Shown here piece by piece: positions 37,018 through 46,462 of a stretch of DNA of 64,000 nt (the stretch's first letter is position 1; every line of letters begins with the position of its first letter). A model generated the notes under the pieces. The model saw only the letters and a program-made list of their open reading frames with translations. It searched no databases and was not told the origin of the DNA. Origin of the DNA: Omnitrophica WOR_2 bacterium GWF2_43_52 (lineage in GTDB: Bacteria > Omnitrophota > Gorgyraeia > Gygaellales > UBA12090); the NCBI GenBank assembly GCA_001805445.1, contig MHGF01000003.1, positions 54,736 through 118,735 of the forward strand. The letters are read 5' to 3'. The position numbers were made by a program, and so were the translations under genes.

Positions 37018-39672
37018 ATGAAAATTTCGTTAATTTATCCATTATTATCCAGAGCCAGAAGCTTACTTGACGAGAATAAACAATATTGGCCGCCTCTGGG
37101 TTTGGCCTATATCGCTGCGGTACTCGAAAAAAAAGGCCATAGTGTGCAGATTTTAGATAGAGACCTTATTTTACGCAGGAGCAGTTTCGACTTTGACAAG
37201 ACTGATACGATAACCTTAGGGTTGATTAAGGATTTTGGCGCGCAGATTGTCGGTTTTAGCGCGACCACGCCCAATATCTCGGATATAAACTTTTTTTCGT
37301 CAAAAATCAAGAGCATGCTTCCGGGAATGCTCATGGTAATTGGCGGGCCGCATTGTTCCGGTGAACCTGTTGAAACATTAGAAATATGCAAGAATATAGA
37401 TGTCCTTGTCAGAGGTGAAGGAGAGATCACTATGCAAGAAATAGCCAGCGGAGCCCTTATTGACGGTATTGCTGGATTGACATACAGGAGTACGCGCCAA
37501 GGAATCGTTTCTAACATTGACAGGCCGTTGATCGAGGCACTCGATGAGTTACCTTTTCCTGCAAGGCATTTGCTTGATATGGATTATTATACAAGGCCAA
37601 GCAGATTTACTAGCAGAAACCATTCTTTCAGAACGACGCATATTTTTACTGCTCGAGGATGTCCTTATAACTGTCATTACTGCGCAGGGCCTTTAATGGG
37701 GAGGATGACAGTAAGGTATCATTCTGCGCATAGGTTAATCGACGAGATCAAAGAGCTTATCAGTAAATATTCAGTAGAGGCTATTTATTTCGCTGATGAT
37801 ATGTTCTTAAGTAACAAAAAACGCGCCATGGAAATAATCGACTTATTTATTACAAACAGATTGCACAAGAAAATTTCTTGGATCGCACAAATAAACCCAA
37901 ACGTGGCGGATAAAGAGCTCTTATCAGCCATGAAAGAGGCCGGATGCATCCACGTCGAATACGGTTTTGAATCTGGTTCCCAACGAGTTCTAGGGCTTAT
38001 GAATAAAAGGACAAATGTTTTACGCAATAAGGAAGTCGTTAAACTAACGCGAAAGGTAGGCCTTCATTTCCAAGGAAATTTTATCGTTGGATATCCTGGA
38101 GAAACAGAAGACGACTTTGCCGAAACTGTCTCCTTTATAAGAGAAACACGCCCTAATATGGTCTCGATGAATTTATTTATGCCATTGCCGGGAACAGATA
38201 TATACAGAAAACTCAAGCAGAGCGGATGTCTTAATACAAATTGGGATGATTTTGGCAATCCAGACGCGCCTTACATAAATTACGCCGATATGCCGAAATC
38301 TCGTTTCGAGGAGCTTTATTTTCGCGCCAAATTAAAAGTGGTCCTACCAATAAATCTGTTTAATTTTATTAAAAGTAACCTATTGCACCCGCTTAGGCTT
38401 ATCTATGTGTTAATAACCCAATTTAAAGGTGTGTTAAAACGCGCTTTTAAAGCGGCGGCAGAACTCAAGAGAATAGGCAAGAAACATAATCCGCAACCGA
38501 TAGTCCTGCTGGTAGCGTACCACTCTATCACTTATCCGATTATGGAATCCCAGGGGATTTCGTACATTAAAAAATTATCGCACTACGGAATTCAATATTT
38601 TATTCTGACGTACGAAACTCGGGATACTCTTGCTCGATATAAAATAGCAGATACTGACCTCAAGCTGCAAACGAACTGGCATCATCTGTATTATCATAAA
38701 AACCCCAGATTGCTTGCTACGCTCTTTGATGTTATCTGTGGGATGTGGTATGTTTTCTTTATTGTACGCAAAAGCAGGATTAATATAGTGCATGCCAGAG
38801 GTCTAGTGCCAGCGGTTATTGCCTTTTTACCTGCAAAGATAATGGGAGTTAAATTCTTTTTTGATACGAGGGGGCTGCTTGCAGACAAATATGTAGGTGG
38901 GGGATTGCTAAAAAATAAAAGTTTAACGTATAGAGTGATGCGTTTCGCCGAAAATTTTTTAATACAACAATCTGATTCCTTTACTGTCGAAACTATTAGG
39001 CATGCGCAAGTAATCCGTAATAGCAACGTTAGTCTTTCTTCAAAGATGGAAGTGATTCCTTCTTGCGTAGATTTGGATAAATTTAAATGCGATACTTCAA
39101 AACCAGACAGCGGAAAATTTAAGTTAGCCTATATAGGGAAATGCGGAAGCTGGTATATGCTTGATGAGATGTTTGACTTTTTCCGTGTTCTCTTAAAAAT
39201 CTCTTCACAGGCTGTATTTATGCTTGCTACTGATCGAGATCCGAATGAAATCTTTCGCGCTGCGATGCGAAAAGGTATTCCTGAAGACAGCATAGTGGTA
39301 AAAAACCTTTCGCATGCCGAGGTAGCCGGTTTTCTCTCGCGCGCGAGCGCGGGGATATTTTTTATCAACCCGTACAAACGTTATAATTCTTCTCCTACAA
39401 AATATGGAGAATATCTTGCCTGTGGCCTTCCGGTGGTAATCAACAGCGGTATTGGAGATACTGAAGAGATAACTACAAAAATGAATATTGGCGTTATAAT
39501 AAATACTTTTTCAGAAGCATCATATGAATCTGCGGCTAGAAAGCTTCTTGATTTGTGTAAAGACGCCACAAGCGTTCAGACACGCTGTAAGCAGGCTGCC
39601 GAAGAACTTCTTTCACTGAAAAAAGGCGCTGAAAAATATCGCGATATTTTTCAGCACTTGCTAAAGATTTGA
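37018..39672 (+). CDS. Fusion protein: B12-binding radical SAM (class B) N-terminal half + GT4 glycosyltransferase C-terminal half
   Basis: The N-terminal half has 'ISLIYPLLSRARS...WPPLGLAYIAAVL' (B12 domain), 'GEGEITM' and the radical SAM 'CPYNCHYC'. The C-terminal ~380 aa are a GT-B/GT4 with 'FINPYKRYNSSPTKYGEYLACGLPVVINS' in the E-x7-E region. The total is 884 aa. Confidence 0.75.
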   Translation: MKISLIYPLLSRARSLLDENKQYWPPLGLAYIAAVLEKKGHSVQILDRDLILRRSSFDFDKTDTITLGLIKDFGAQIVGFSATTPNISDINFFSSKIKSMLPGMLMVIGGPHCSGEPVETLEICKNIDVLVRGEGEITMQEIASGALIDGIAGLTYRSTRQGIVSNIDRPLIEALDELPFPARHLLDMDYYTRPSRFTSRNHSFRTTHIFTARGCPYNCHYCAGPLMGRMTVRYHSAHRLIDEIKELISKYSVEAIYFADDMFLSNKKRAMEIIDLFITNRLHKKISWIAQINPNVADKELLSAMKEAGCIHVEYGFESGSQRVLGLMNKRTNVLRNKEVVKLTRKVGLHFQGNFIVGYPGETEDDFAETVSFIRETRPNMVSMNLFMPLPGTDIYRKLKQSGCLNTNWDDFGNPDAPYINYADMPKSRFEELYFRAKLKVVLPINLFNFIKSNLLHPLRLIYVLITQFKGVLKRAFKAAAELKRIGKKHNPQPIVLLVAYHSITYPIMESQGISYIKKLSHYGIQYFILTYETRDTLARYKIADTDLKLQTNWHHLYYHKNPRLLATLFDVICGMWYVFFIVRKSRINIVHARGLVPAVIAFLPAKIMGVKFFFDTRGLLADKYVGGGLLKNKSLTYRVMRFAENFLIQQSDSFTVETIRHAQVIRNSNVSLSSKMEVIPSCVDLDKFKCDTSKPDSGKFKLAYIGKCGSWYMLDEMFDFFRVLLKISSQAVFMLATDRDPNEIFRAAMRKGIPEDSIVVKNLSHAEVAGFLSRASAGIFFINPYKRYNSSPTKYGEYLACGLPVVINSGIGDTEEITTKMNIGVIINTFSEASYESAARKLLDLCKDATSVQTRCKQAAEELLSLKKGAEKYRDIFQHLLKI

Positions 39673-40769
39673 AAATCCTTTTTTGGGTGCCTTACCCATC
39701 AGAAGGCGCAAGCAACAGGTACAGGGTAGAACAATACTTGCCTTTCTTAAAAAAAGAGGCGATTAAATTTTCACTCCATCCCTTTTGGACAAAATCCGCA
39801 TATAAAGTTTTATATAGGAATGGATATTACTTCAGAAAGTTTTTCTTCTTTTTTGCGGGTATTCTTTTCAGAACGATTGATGTTTTCAGTATATTCCGTT
39901 ATGATGTGGTTTTTATTCATCGAGAGGCGTGCCCTGTCGGATCAGCTTTTTTCGAATCGGCAGCGTTTTTTTTAGGGAGAGAGGTCATTTTTGATTTTGA
40001 TGATGCAATATTTTTACCTTCAAGCAGCCGTTGCAACAATTTTGTCGAAAAGTTTAAAAACCCGGGGAAAGTCGCCACTATCATTAAGAAAAGTAAATAC
40101 GTAATATGTGGAAATTCATTTTTAGCTGATTTTTCATTGCGATACAATCCGTCGGTTGTTATTATTCCTACGCCAATAGATACGACAAAATATTCTCCTA
40201 TGATAGCCACTGACAACAGGCCAACGATCATTGGTTGGATGGGCAGCGCAACGACTCTTGATTTTCTCGATCCGATGAAGAATGTGTTTACAGTTTTATC
40301 CAGCCTTTTTAATGATGTTGAGTTTAAAATAATCGGGGGGGCATTTTTGATTCCCGGACTTTCAAGAGTAAGGAGCAAATCGTGGTCATTCGCTGACGAA
40401 ATAGATGACCTTAGAAGTATGGATATCGGAATTATGCCTATGCCTGATAACGATTGGACCAGAGGAAAGTGTGGATTCAAGGCAATTCTCTATATGAGCA
40501 TGGGAATTCCCTGCGTTTGTTCTCCGGTAGGCATGAACAAAGAGATAATCATAAATGGTAGCAATGGATTCCTCGCAACTACTCAGGAAGATTGGGTAGA
40601 AAAACTCTCGCTTCTTATAAAAGACTCTGCACTTCGCAGAAAACTTGGTAATGCAGGAAGAAAGACGGTTGAGGAAAGATATTCATTAAAAGCTAATGCT
40701 CAAAAATATTTGGAGGTTTTAAAAAACTGCAAAAAGGTTAATTGCAAACGTTACGGCAGGCATAGCTAA
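39669..40769 (+). CDS. Glycosyltransferase family 4-like (GT-B)
   Basis: The size is 366 aa. 'CGFKAILYMSMGIPCVCSPVGMNKEII' is the GT-B C-domain donor-binding region. The N-terminal 'KILFWVPYPSEGASNRYR' is present. A G7 tract lies at 40335-40341. Confidence 0.65.
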   Translation: MKILFWVPYPSEGASNRYRVEQYLPFLKKEAIKFSLHPFWTKSAYKVLYRNGYYFRKFFFFFAGILFRTIDVFSIFRYDVVFIHREACPVGSAFFESAAFFLGREVIFDFDDAIFLPSSSRCNNFVEKFKNPGKVATIIKKSKYVICGNSFLADFSLRYNPSVVIIPTPIDTTKYSPMIATDNRPTIIGWMGSATTLDFLDPMKNVFTVLSSLFNDVEFKIIGGAFLIPGLSRVRSKSWSFADEIDDLRSMDIGIMPMPDNDWTRGKCGFKAILYMSMGIPCVCSPVGMNKEIIINGSNGFLATTQEDWVEKLSLLIKDSALRRKLGNAGRKTVEERYSLKANAQKYLEVLKNCKKVNCKRYGRHS

Positions 40770-40836
40770 TTTACAGTAAATTAAAAATTAACCTTTTCCT
40801 GCCTTTTAGGGAAAAGACAAGCGGGTATCAATGCCA

Positions 40837-42723
40837 ATGTGCGGAATCTGTGGAATCATAGACTATCGGAGTTCCAGAATAGAAAAAGGTTTGCTTTCGC
40901 GAGCCTCTTCACAGATGTATCATCGCGGCCCTGATGATGAGGGTTTTTACATAGATAATCCTCCTTCAGGGCCAAGTGTAGGCTTAGGGCACAGGAGATT
41001 AAAAATCATAGATCTCTCAGAAGCTGGACATCAGCCGATGACTAATGAAGATGGAACAATTTGGATCGTTTTTAATGGAGAGATTTATAATTTCAATGAA
41101 CTCAAGACAGAATTGGAAAAGAAAAGGCACGTGTTTCGTTCGCGCACCGATACCGAATGCATTATCCACCTGTACGAAGAATTCGGAGAAGAATGTGTGC
41201 ATTATTTACGCGGGATGTTCGCTTTTGCCATTTGGGATAAGAAAAATGAAGTGCTGATCCTGGCTCGAGATAGAGTAGGCAAGAAACCGTTACTCTATTA
41301 TCATAGAAACGGTAGTTTTTGTTTTGCCTCTGAATTTTGTGCTCTGTTAAAATGCAGACAGATTGATAATGAAATAAATATGGAAGCGATTGACGAGTAT
41401 TTGTCATTCGGTTATATTCCGGCTCCGGGGACAATTTACAAACATGTCTTTAAGCTTCCTCCAGCGCATATACTCGTTCTTAAGAATGATGAGGTAAAAA
41501 TAAAACAATATTGGAGTTTAAATTACTTAGATAAGATAAGGATAAGCGAGCAGGAAGCATCGCTAGAAGTGCTGCGATTATTGAAAGAATCCATTGGCCT
41601 TAGGCTCTGTAGCGACGTTCCCTTAGGGGCGTTTTTGAGCGGCGGTGTAGACTCTAGTACCATCGTTGCGCTTATGACGCAGTTATCCGCTAATAAGGTT
41701 AAAACTTTTTCTATCGGTTTTGAGGATAACGATTATAATGAGTTGCAATTTGCAAGAAACATTTCAGAGAAGTTCGGTACTGACCACCATGAGTTCATCG
41801 TGAAGCCAGACGCTCTAAAAATACTTCCTCTATTGGTTGAGCGGTATGGAGAGCCTTATGCCGATTCTTCATGCATCCCTACTTATTACGTGGCACAGCA
41901 GACCAAGCAACACGTCACGGTCGCGCTTAACGGTGACGGAGGTGATGAATTGTTCGCGGGGTACGACAGATATCAGGCAATGCTTTTGACCGCGAGGATG
42001 CCTATCCCTGTAAGGAAGCTCTTAAGCCTTCTCTCTGTGGTCTTGCCAGATTCTACAAACCCTAAGCATAAACTCAGAAGATTAAAGAGATTTCTGAACG
42101 CAGCGGCTTTGCCGTTACAGGATAGGTACCTCAAGTGGATAGGTATATTTGATAGCACTCTTAAAAAGAAAATCTACGCTAACGATTTATTGAAGCAAAT
42201 CGCTGACTCGCGTGCCTTGGATTTTATTAAAACGTTTATGCCAATGGTTAAAAAAAATTTTACTATTGATGCTTTGCTTGCGGCGGATACGCTAACGTAT
42301 TTGCCTTATGACCTCTTGGTTAAAGTCGATATAACCAGTATGGCTAATTCATTGGAAGCTCGATCACCTTTCTTGGACCAAAAACTCATGGAATTTGCAG
42401 CTAGGCTGCCAGTAGAATATAAAATGAGGAATTTTGTTAAGAAGTATATCCTGAAGAAAGCGGTCACAGGCATTCTCCCAAAAGAAAATATTGTAAGAAA
42501 GAAGATGGGCTTTGGAATGCCGGTAGGGAATTGGTTCAGAGGCAACATGAAAGAATTTCTGATAGAAACCATCTTATCAAAAAGATCTTGCAACCGGAAT
42601 TATTTTAATATGAGCGTTATTTCAGGGATGTTGCAGGATCATGTTAAAAATAAAGCAGATTATTCCCTACAGCTTTGGTCTCTCCTGATGTTAGAAATGT
42701 GGCATCAAAGATTTATTGATTGA
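40837..42723 (+). CDS. Asparagine synthetase family amidotransferase, paralog 2
   Basis: 'MCGICGI' holds the Cys2 nucleophile. The M at 40837 is the likely true start, 2 codons inside the track ORF. 'LGHRRLKIIDLS' and 'IVFNGEIYNF' follow. The PP-loop is 'GAFLSGGVDSS'. Confidence 0.85.
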   Translation: MCGICGIIDYRSSRIEKGLLSRASSQMYHRGPDDEGFYIDNPPSGPSVGLGHRRLKIIDLSEAGHQPMTNEDGTIWIVFNGEIYNFNELKTELEKKRHVFRSRTDTECIIHLYEEFGEECVHYLRGMFAFAIWDKKNEVLILARDRVGKKPLLYYHRNGSFCFASEFCALLKCRQIDNEINMEAIDEYLSFGYIPAPGTIYKHVFKLPPAHILVLKNDEVKIKQYWSLNYLDKIRISEQEASLEVLRLLKESIGLRLCSDVPLGAFLSGGVDSSTIVALMTQLSANKVKTFSIGFEDNDYNELQFARNISEKFGTDHHEFIVKPDALKILPLLVERYGEPYADSSCIPTYYVAQQTKQHVTVALNGDGGDELFAGYDRYQAMLLTARMPIPVRKLLSLLSVVLPDSTNPKHKLRRLKRFLNAAALPLQDRYLKWIGIFDSTLKKKIYANDLLKQIADSRALDFIKTFMPMVKKNFTIDALLAADTLTYLPYDLLVKVDITSMANSLEARSPFLDQKLMEFAARLPVEYKMRNFVKKYILKKAVTGILPKENIVRKKMGFGMPVGNWFRGNMKEFLIETILSKRSCNRNYFNMSVISGMLQDHVKNKADYSLQLWSLLMLEMWHQRFID

Positions 42724-42901
42724 CATACTTAATAGCTATCGCTGATTTTCTGCGGTTGCCTTTATTCCTGAAGAGGATATCTGCGGTTTCGAAATGTAAC
42801 TACCCAATTCTATCGCCAGATAATTAAAGAATATAAACGCTTTCTCAATGCAGACAATTGATTTTCCCACCTTTAAGATTGAAATCCTTTTGTTATTTGA
42901 T

Positions 42902-42929
42902 TTGAATTACCGTCTCATTGTGTTATAAT
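42902..42929 (+). promoter_or_regulatory. Candidate sigma70-type promoter (-35 TTGAAT, 16-nt spacer, extended -10 TGT-TATAAT) upstream of the second sub-cluster
   Basis: 'TTGAAT' lies at 42902-42907 and 'tgtTATAAT' at 42921-42929, inside a 322-bp intergenic gap. This is the longest non-coding stretch in the window. Confidence 0.3.
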
Positions 42930-43045
42930 TAGAAGATAAAAGCGCGCCTCATGCTTTCCGTTGACGATACGGGATTATCCTTATCCCCAAGAGATGTCAA
43001 AGTTTTCCAAGTGTCATAAAAAGAGCATAAAAGGCTTATAAAAAC

Positions 43046-43750
43046 ATGCGCAGTAAGAAAATTATATTTTTATGTTTTTTAACTCTAAGTATTGCGGTTT
43101 TACCCTTGCTTTGCCTTAGCACTTCAACCCAGCAGTGCATTAATTATAATTGCCGGACAATAATTGTTCCGCTTTACCTCAAAGTATTAAATTTTCTTGA
43201 TCGGCATTGTAACTACATCCGATTAACTAATGAAATTATAGGGAGAGAATCTCTGCCTCAGCAAAAAGTATTGGCCTTATTATCTTGGACATACAGGAAT
43301 ATCCATAAACTTCCAGATGGAGCAGAGGTAGTCGATGACCATGTTTGGAATATTATTATCCGTAGATTCGGGACTAACGATCAATCCGCTGATGTTTTCT
43401 CTACTTTGTGCAACTATGCAGGATTGAGTTCCTTTTACCAGCTTATCTCAGCAATCGATGATAGGGAAAAAATTCCCTTATCCTTTGTCAAAATTGATAA
43501 AGAATGGCACGTGTTTGACACCTATCATGGAGTATATTTCCTAAATTCAAAGAATGGACTTGCCTCAATACATGATATAAAAAAAGGAGACTGCAAAATT
43601 GCTGTTTTTGTGGATGAGGGGATCTCTTTGTTTGATTACCGTCACTATTTTCCGAATTTGCCCGATATACCTGTTGTCGGATTACACAGAGCAAACATAC
43701 AATCGCCGATAAGACGATTAAAATTCGCACTTGAGAAATTTGCCAGATGA
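43046..43750 (+). CDS. Secreted hypothetical protein, possibly transglutaminase-like cysteine-peptidase fold
   Basis: The N-terminal signal is 'KIIFLCFLTLSIAVLPLLCLSTS'. A Cys 'TLCNYAGLSS' is followed by 'KEWHVFDTYHGVYF', which gives a Cys...His...Asp order reminiscent of transglutaminase-like cores. The match to the G-x-C-x-x-[FY]-A motif is imperfect. Confidence 0.35.
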   Translation: MRSKKIIFLCFLTLSIAVLPLLCLSTSTQQCINYNCRTIIVPLYLKVLNFLDRHCNYIRLTNEIIGRESLPQQKVLALLSWTYRNIHKLPDGAEVVDDHVWNIIIRRFGTNDQSADVFSTLCNYAGLSSFYQLISAIDDREKIPLSFVKIDKEWHVFDTYHGVYFLNSKNGLASIHDIKKGDCKIAVFVDEGISLFDYRHYFPNLPDIPVVGLHRANIQSPIRRLKFALEKFAR

Positions 43751-44805
43751 AAAGCATATTCCCAGCCCATAAAAAGATCCGCTTTGGAATTATCGGGTGT
43801 GGGAGAATCTCAAAAATCCATACCGCTGTTTTAAACCAGTTACCAGGAGCTGAGATTTGTGCGGTTTGCGATATCGTTGAAGAACGGGCAAAAGCTTACG
43901 CTGAGGAATTAAAATGTTTCTGCTATACTGATTATCATGACCTGCTTAAATCTAAGGAAATTGATGTAGTAAACATTTGCACGCCAACACATATGCATGT
44001 TACCATGGCCGTAGATGCAGCCTTAGCCGGCAAACATGTAGTTACGGAAAAACCAATGGCTACTACGTTGGCTGATGCAGACAAAATGATTGAAACCTGT
44101 AAAAGAAACGGTGTAAAATTGTTTGTGGTTAAGCAGAACCGTTATAATCCTCCCATAGTAAAACTTAAGGAGGCAATTAGTGAAGGCAGATTCGGGAAGA
44201 TTTTTTTTGGAAAAACGAGCGTGTATTGGCAGCGAGACCAAAAATATTACAATGAACATGAGTGGTTTCGAACAAGGGATATGGGCGGGGGCGTGCTCAT
44301 CAATCAAGCCAGCCACAACATTGATATGCTTTGCTGGTTATTAGGGCCGGTTGAAAGCGTATATGCAAAAATCCAGACCTTTACTCACTCAATAGAAACA
44401 GAGGATTTTGGATTGGGGATCATTAAATTCAAAAATGGCGCATTGGGAGTCATTGAAGCCACTACCTGTGTTTATCCAAAGAACATAGAAGGCTCTATAA
44501 CAATATTCGGTGAAAATGGTTCAGTAAAGGTTGGAGGCATCCAGATGAACCATATGCAGCTATGGGAATTCAAGGATTTTCGCAACGAAGATGAGATTTA
44601 TAGCCGTTGTGCTACTTTACCTCCTAATGTCTATGGTTACGGACACATAAAATTTTTTGAAGACGTATTGCGCGTGATCAAAGGAAGCGGGATAGCGTAC
44701 GTCGATGGCAATGAAGGAAAGCCTAGCCTAGAGCTGATACTGGCAATGTATAAATCTGCAGAAACGGGTAAAGAAATAGTTATGTCTGAGTTTTTACGCT
44801 TATAG
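43747..44805 (+). CDS. Gfo/Idh/MocA-family oxidoreductase (second copy)
   Basis: The Rossmann region is 'IRFGIIGCGRISKIH'. 'TEKPMA' is the EKP motif. 'GGGVLINQASHNIDML' is the family C-domain. The size is 352 aa. Confidence 0.8.
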   Translation: MKSIFPAHKKIRFGIIGCGRISKIHTAVLNQLPGAEICAVCDIVEERAKAYAEELKCFCYTDYHDLLKSKEIDVVNICTPTHMHVTMAVDAALAGKHVVTEKPMATTLADADKMIETCKRNGVKLFVVKQNRYNPPIVKLKEAISEGRFGKIFFGKTSVYWQRDQKYYNEHEWFRTRDMGGGVLINQASHNIDMLCWLLGPVESVYAKIQTFTHSIETEDFGLGIIKFKNGALGVIEATTCVYPKNIEGSITIFGENGSVKVGGIQMNHMQLWEFKDFRNEDEIYSRCATLPPNVYGYGHIKFFEDVLRVIKGSGIAYVDGNEGKPSLELILAMYKSAETGKEIVMSEFLRL

Positions 44806-44830
44806 CGTAAGGAATGAAAGGATCTTCATA

Positions 44831-46462
44831 ATGTACGTACTCGGTATTAGCGGAGGGTTCAGGGCTGGCAATATGGATGGCGCTGCGTGCCTTATACATA
44901 ATAACACAATAATCGCTGCCGCAGAAGAAGAGCGTTTCATCAGGGTCAAACATGCCGCAGGCCTCATTCCTCTGCAAGCCATTCACTATTGTCTCCGCGA
45001 AGCCTGTATAGATATAAAGAATATCGACGCTTTAGTTTTTGCAGGAGCTACATATACAGATATTAAGGATAAGCTTGAGAGATATTTCACTTTTAAGTTT
45101 GGCTATTGTCCGAAAATTTATTTGATAGAACATCACCTGGCTCATGCTGCCAGCGCTTTTTTTGTGTCAGGATTTGATGAGGCGAATATTTTAACCATGG
45201 ATCTTTCTGGTGACGGTATTGCGACTCTTATGTCCTATGGTTGTCAGGGCAAAATAACTAAGATCAAGCAATTCACACGCCCAAACTCGTTAGGTGCATT
45301 TTACAACATTATTACTCAATACCTTGGTTTTAACCGTAACAATGATGAATATAAGGTTATGGGATTGGCATCATACGGAAAGCCAGTTTTTGATTTGACC
45401 TGGCTTTTAAAAAAAACCAGCGATGGATACTTATTTAACCAAGAGGCTATGGTGGAAGTGAAACAAGGAGACTCATTTCCTTCCATGCAAGAACCAGTTT
45501 ACAGCAGAAAATTTTTAAAGAAATTTACTAAACCACGTCTTCCCGGTTCACCCATAACCTCTTATCATATGAATTTTGCCGCAAGCGGACAAAGGCTTCT
45601 TGAGAATGTTATATGCAATTTAGTCCGTGAGATCCATCACAAGAGTGGTTCCCGTAATATCTGTATTGCTGGCGGAGTAGGATTGAATTGCGTGGCTAAT
45701 GCCAAAGTAAGAAAATTGCCTTTTATTGATAATGTTTTCATTAGTCCTGCTGCAAGCGATGCGGGACTAGCCATGGGATGCGCTTTACAGTATGCAACCG
45801 AAAAAGGGTTTACTTTTGACAAACTTACTCATGCCTATTGGGGGCCAGGATACTCAAACAAAGAAATAGAAAATACGCTTAACCATATTAAATGTAACTA
45901 CAGTAGATGCGCGGATATTCCTAAGGCAATCGCAAAAAAATTAATTGAGGGAAGAATTATTGGATGGTTTCAAGGAAGAATGGAATATGGCCCCAGGGCG
46001 CTGGGAGCGCGGTCAATCTTAGGAGACCCCAGAAGAAAAAACATGAAAGATAGAATTAACCATGTAGTAAAGTTTAGAGAGTCATTTCGTCCCTTTGCGC
46101 CCTCAGTACTTGCCGAAAAAGCAGCTGATTATTTTGAAAACGCTGCCGAAGCTCCTTTTATGACTTTAAACTTTGATGTTATTAAAAAATGTCAAAAGCA
46201 AATACCCGCGGTAGTGCATGTTGACGGAACATCGCGGGTGCAAACGGTCGCCGAAAAAGATAACCCAACATACTATCATTTGATCAAAGAGTTTTATAAT
46301 CTAACCGGAATACCGATAGTGCTAAACACGAGCTTTAATGTACGGGAAGAGCCTATTGTTTGCACACCTTTTCAAGCAGTGGCTACGTTTTATGAATCAG
46401 GGCTTGATTGTCTAGCTATAGGAGACTTTATTTTGGAGAAAGGAAGCCGCCCGCATGGGTAA
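44831..46462 (+). CDS. Carbamoyltransferase, NodU/CmcH family (O-carbamoylation of a sugar)
   Basis: The N-terminal 'MYVLGISGGFRAGNMDGAACLI' is the YgjD/Kae1-like fold start typical of NodU/CmcH/TobZ. The conserved His motif is in 'EHHLAHAASAF'. The C-terminal carbamoyltransferase region is 'GRMEYGPRALGARSIL'. The size is 543 aa. Confidence 0.8.
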   Translation: MYVLGISGGFRAGNMDGAACLIHNNTIIAAAEEERFIRVKHAAGLIPLQAIHYCLREACIDIKNIDALVFAGATYTDIKDKLERYFTFKFGYCPKIYLIEHHLAHAASAFFVSGFDEANILTMDLSGDGIATLMSYGCQGKITKIKQFTRPNSLGAFYNIITQYLGFNRNNDEYKVMGLASYGKPVFDLTWLLKKTSDGYLFNQEAMVEVKQGDSFPSMQEPVYSRKFLKKFTKPRLPGSPITSYHMNFAASGQRLLENVICNLVREIHHKSGSRNICIAGGVGLNCVANAKVRKLPFIDNVFISPAASDAGLAMGCALQYATEKGFTFDKLTHAYWGPGYSNKEIENTLNHIKCNYSRCADIPKAIAKKLIEGRIIGWFQGRMEYGPRALGARSILGDPRRKNMKDRINHVVKFRESFRPFAPSVLAEKAADYFENAAEAPFMTLNFDVIKKCQKQIPAVVHVDGTSRVQTVAEKDNPTYYHLIKEFYNLTGIPIVLNTSFNVREEPIVCTPFQAVATFYESGLDCLAIGDFILEKGSRPHG

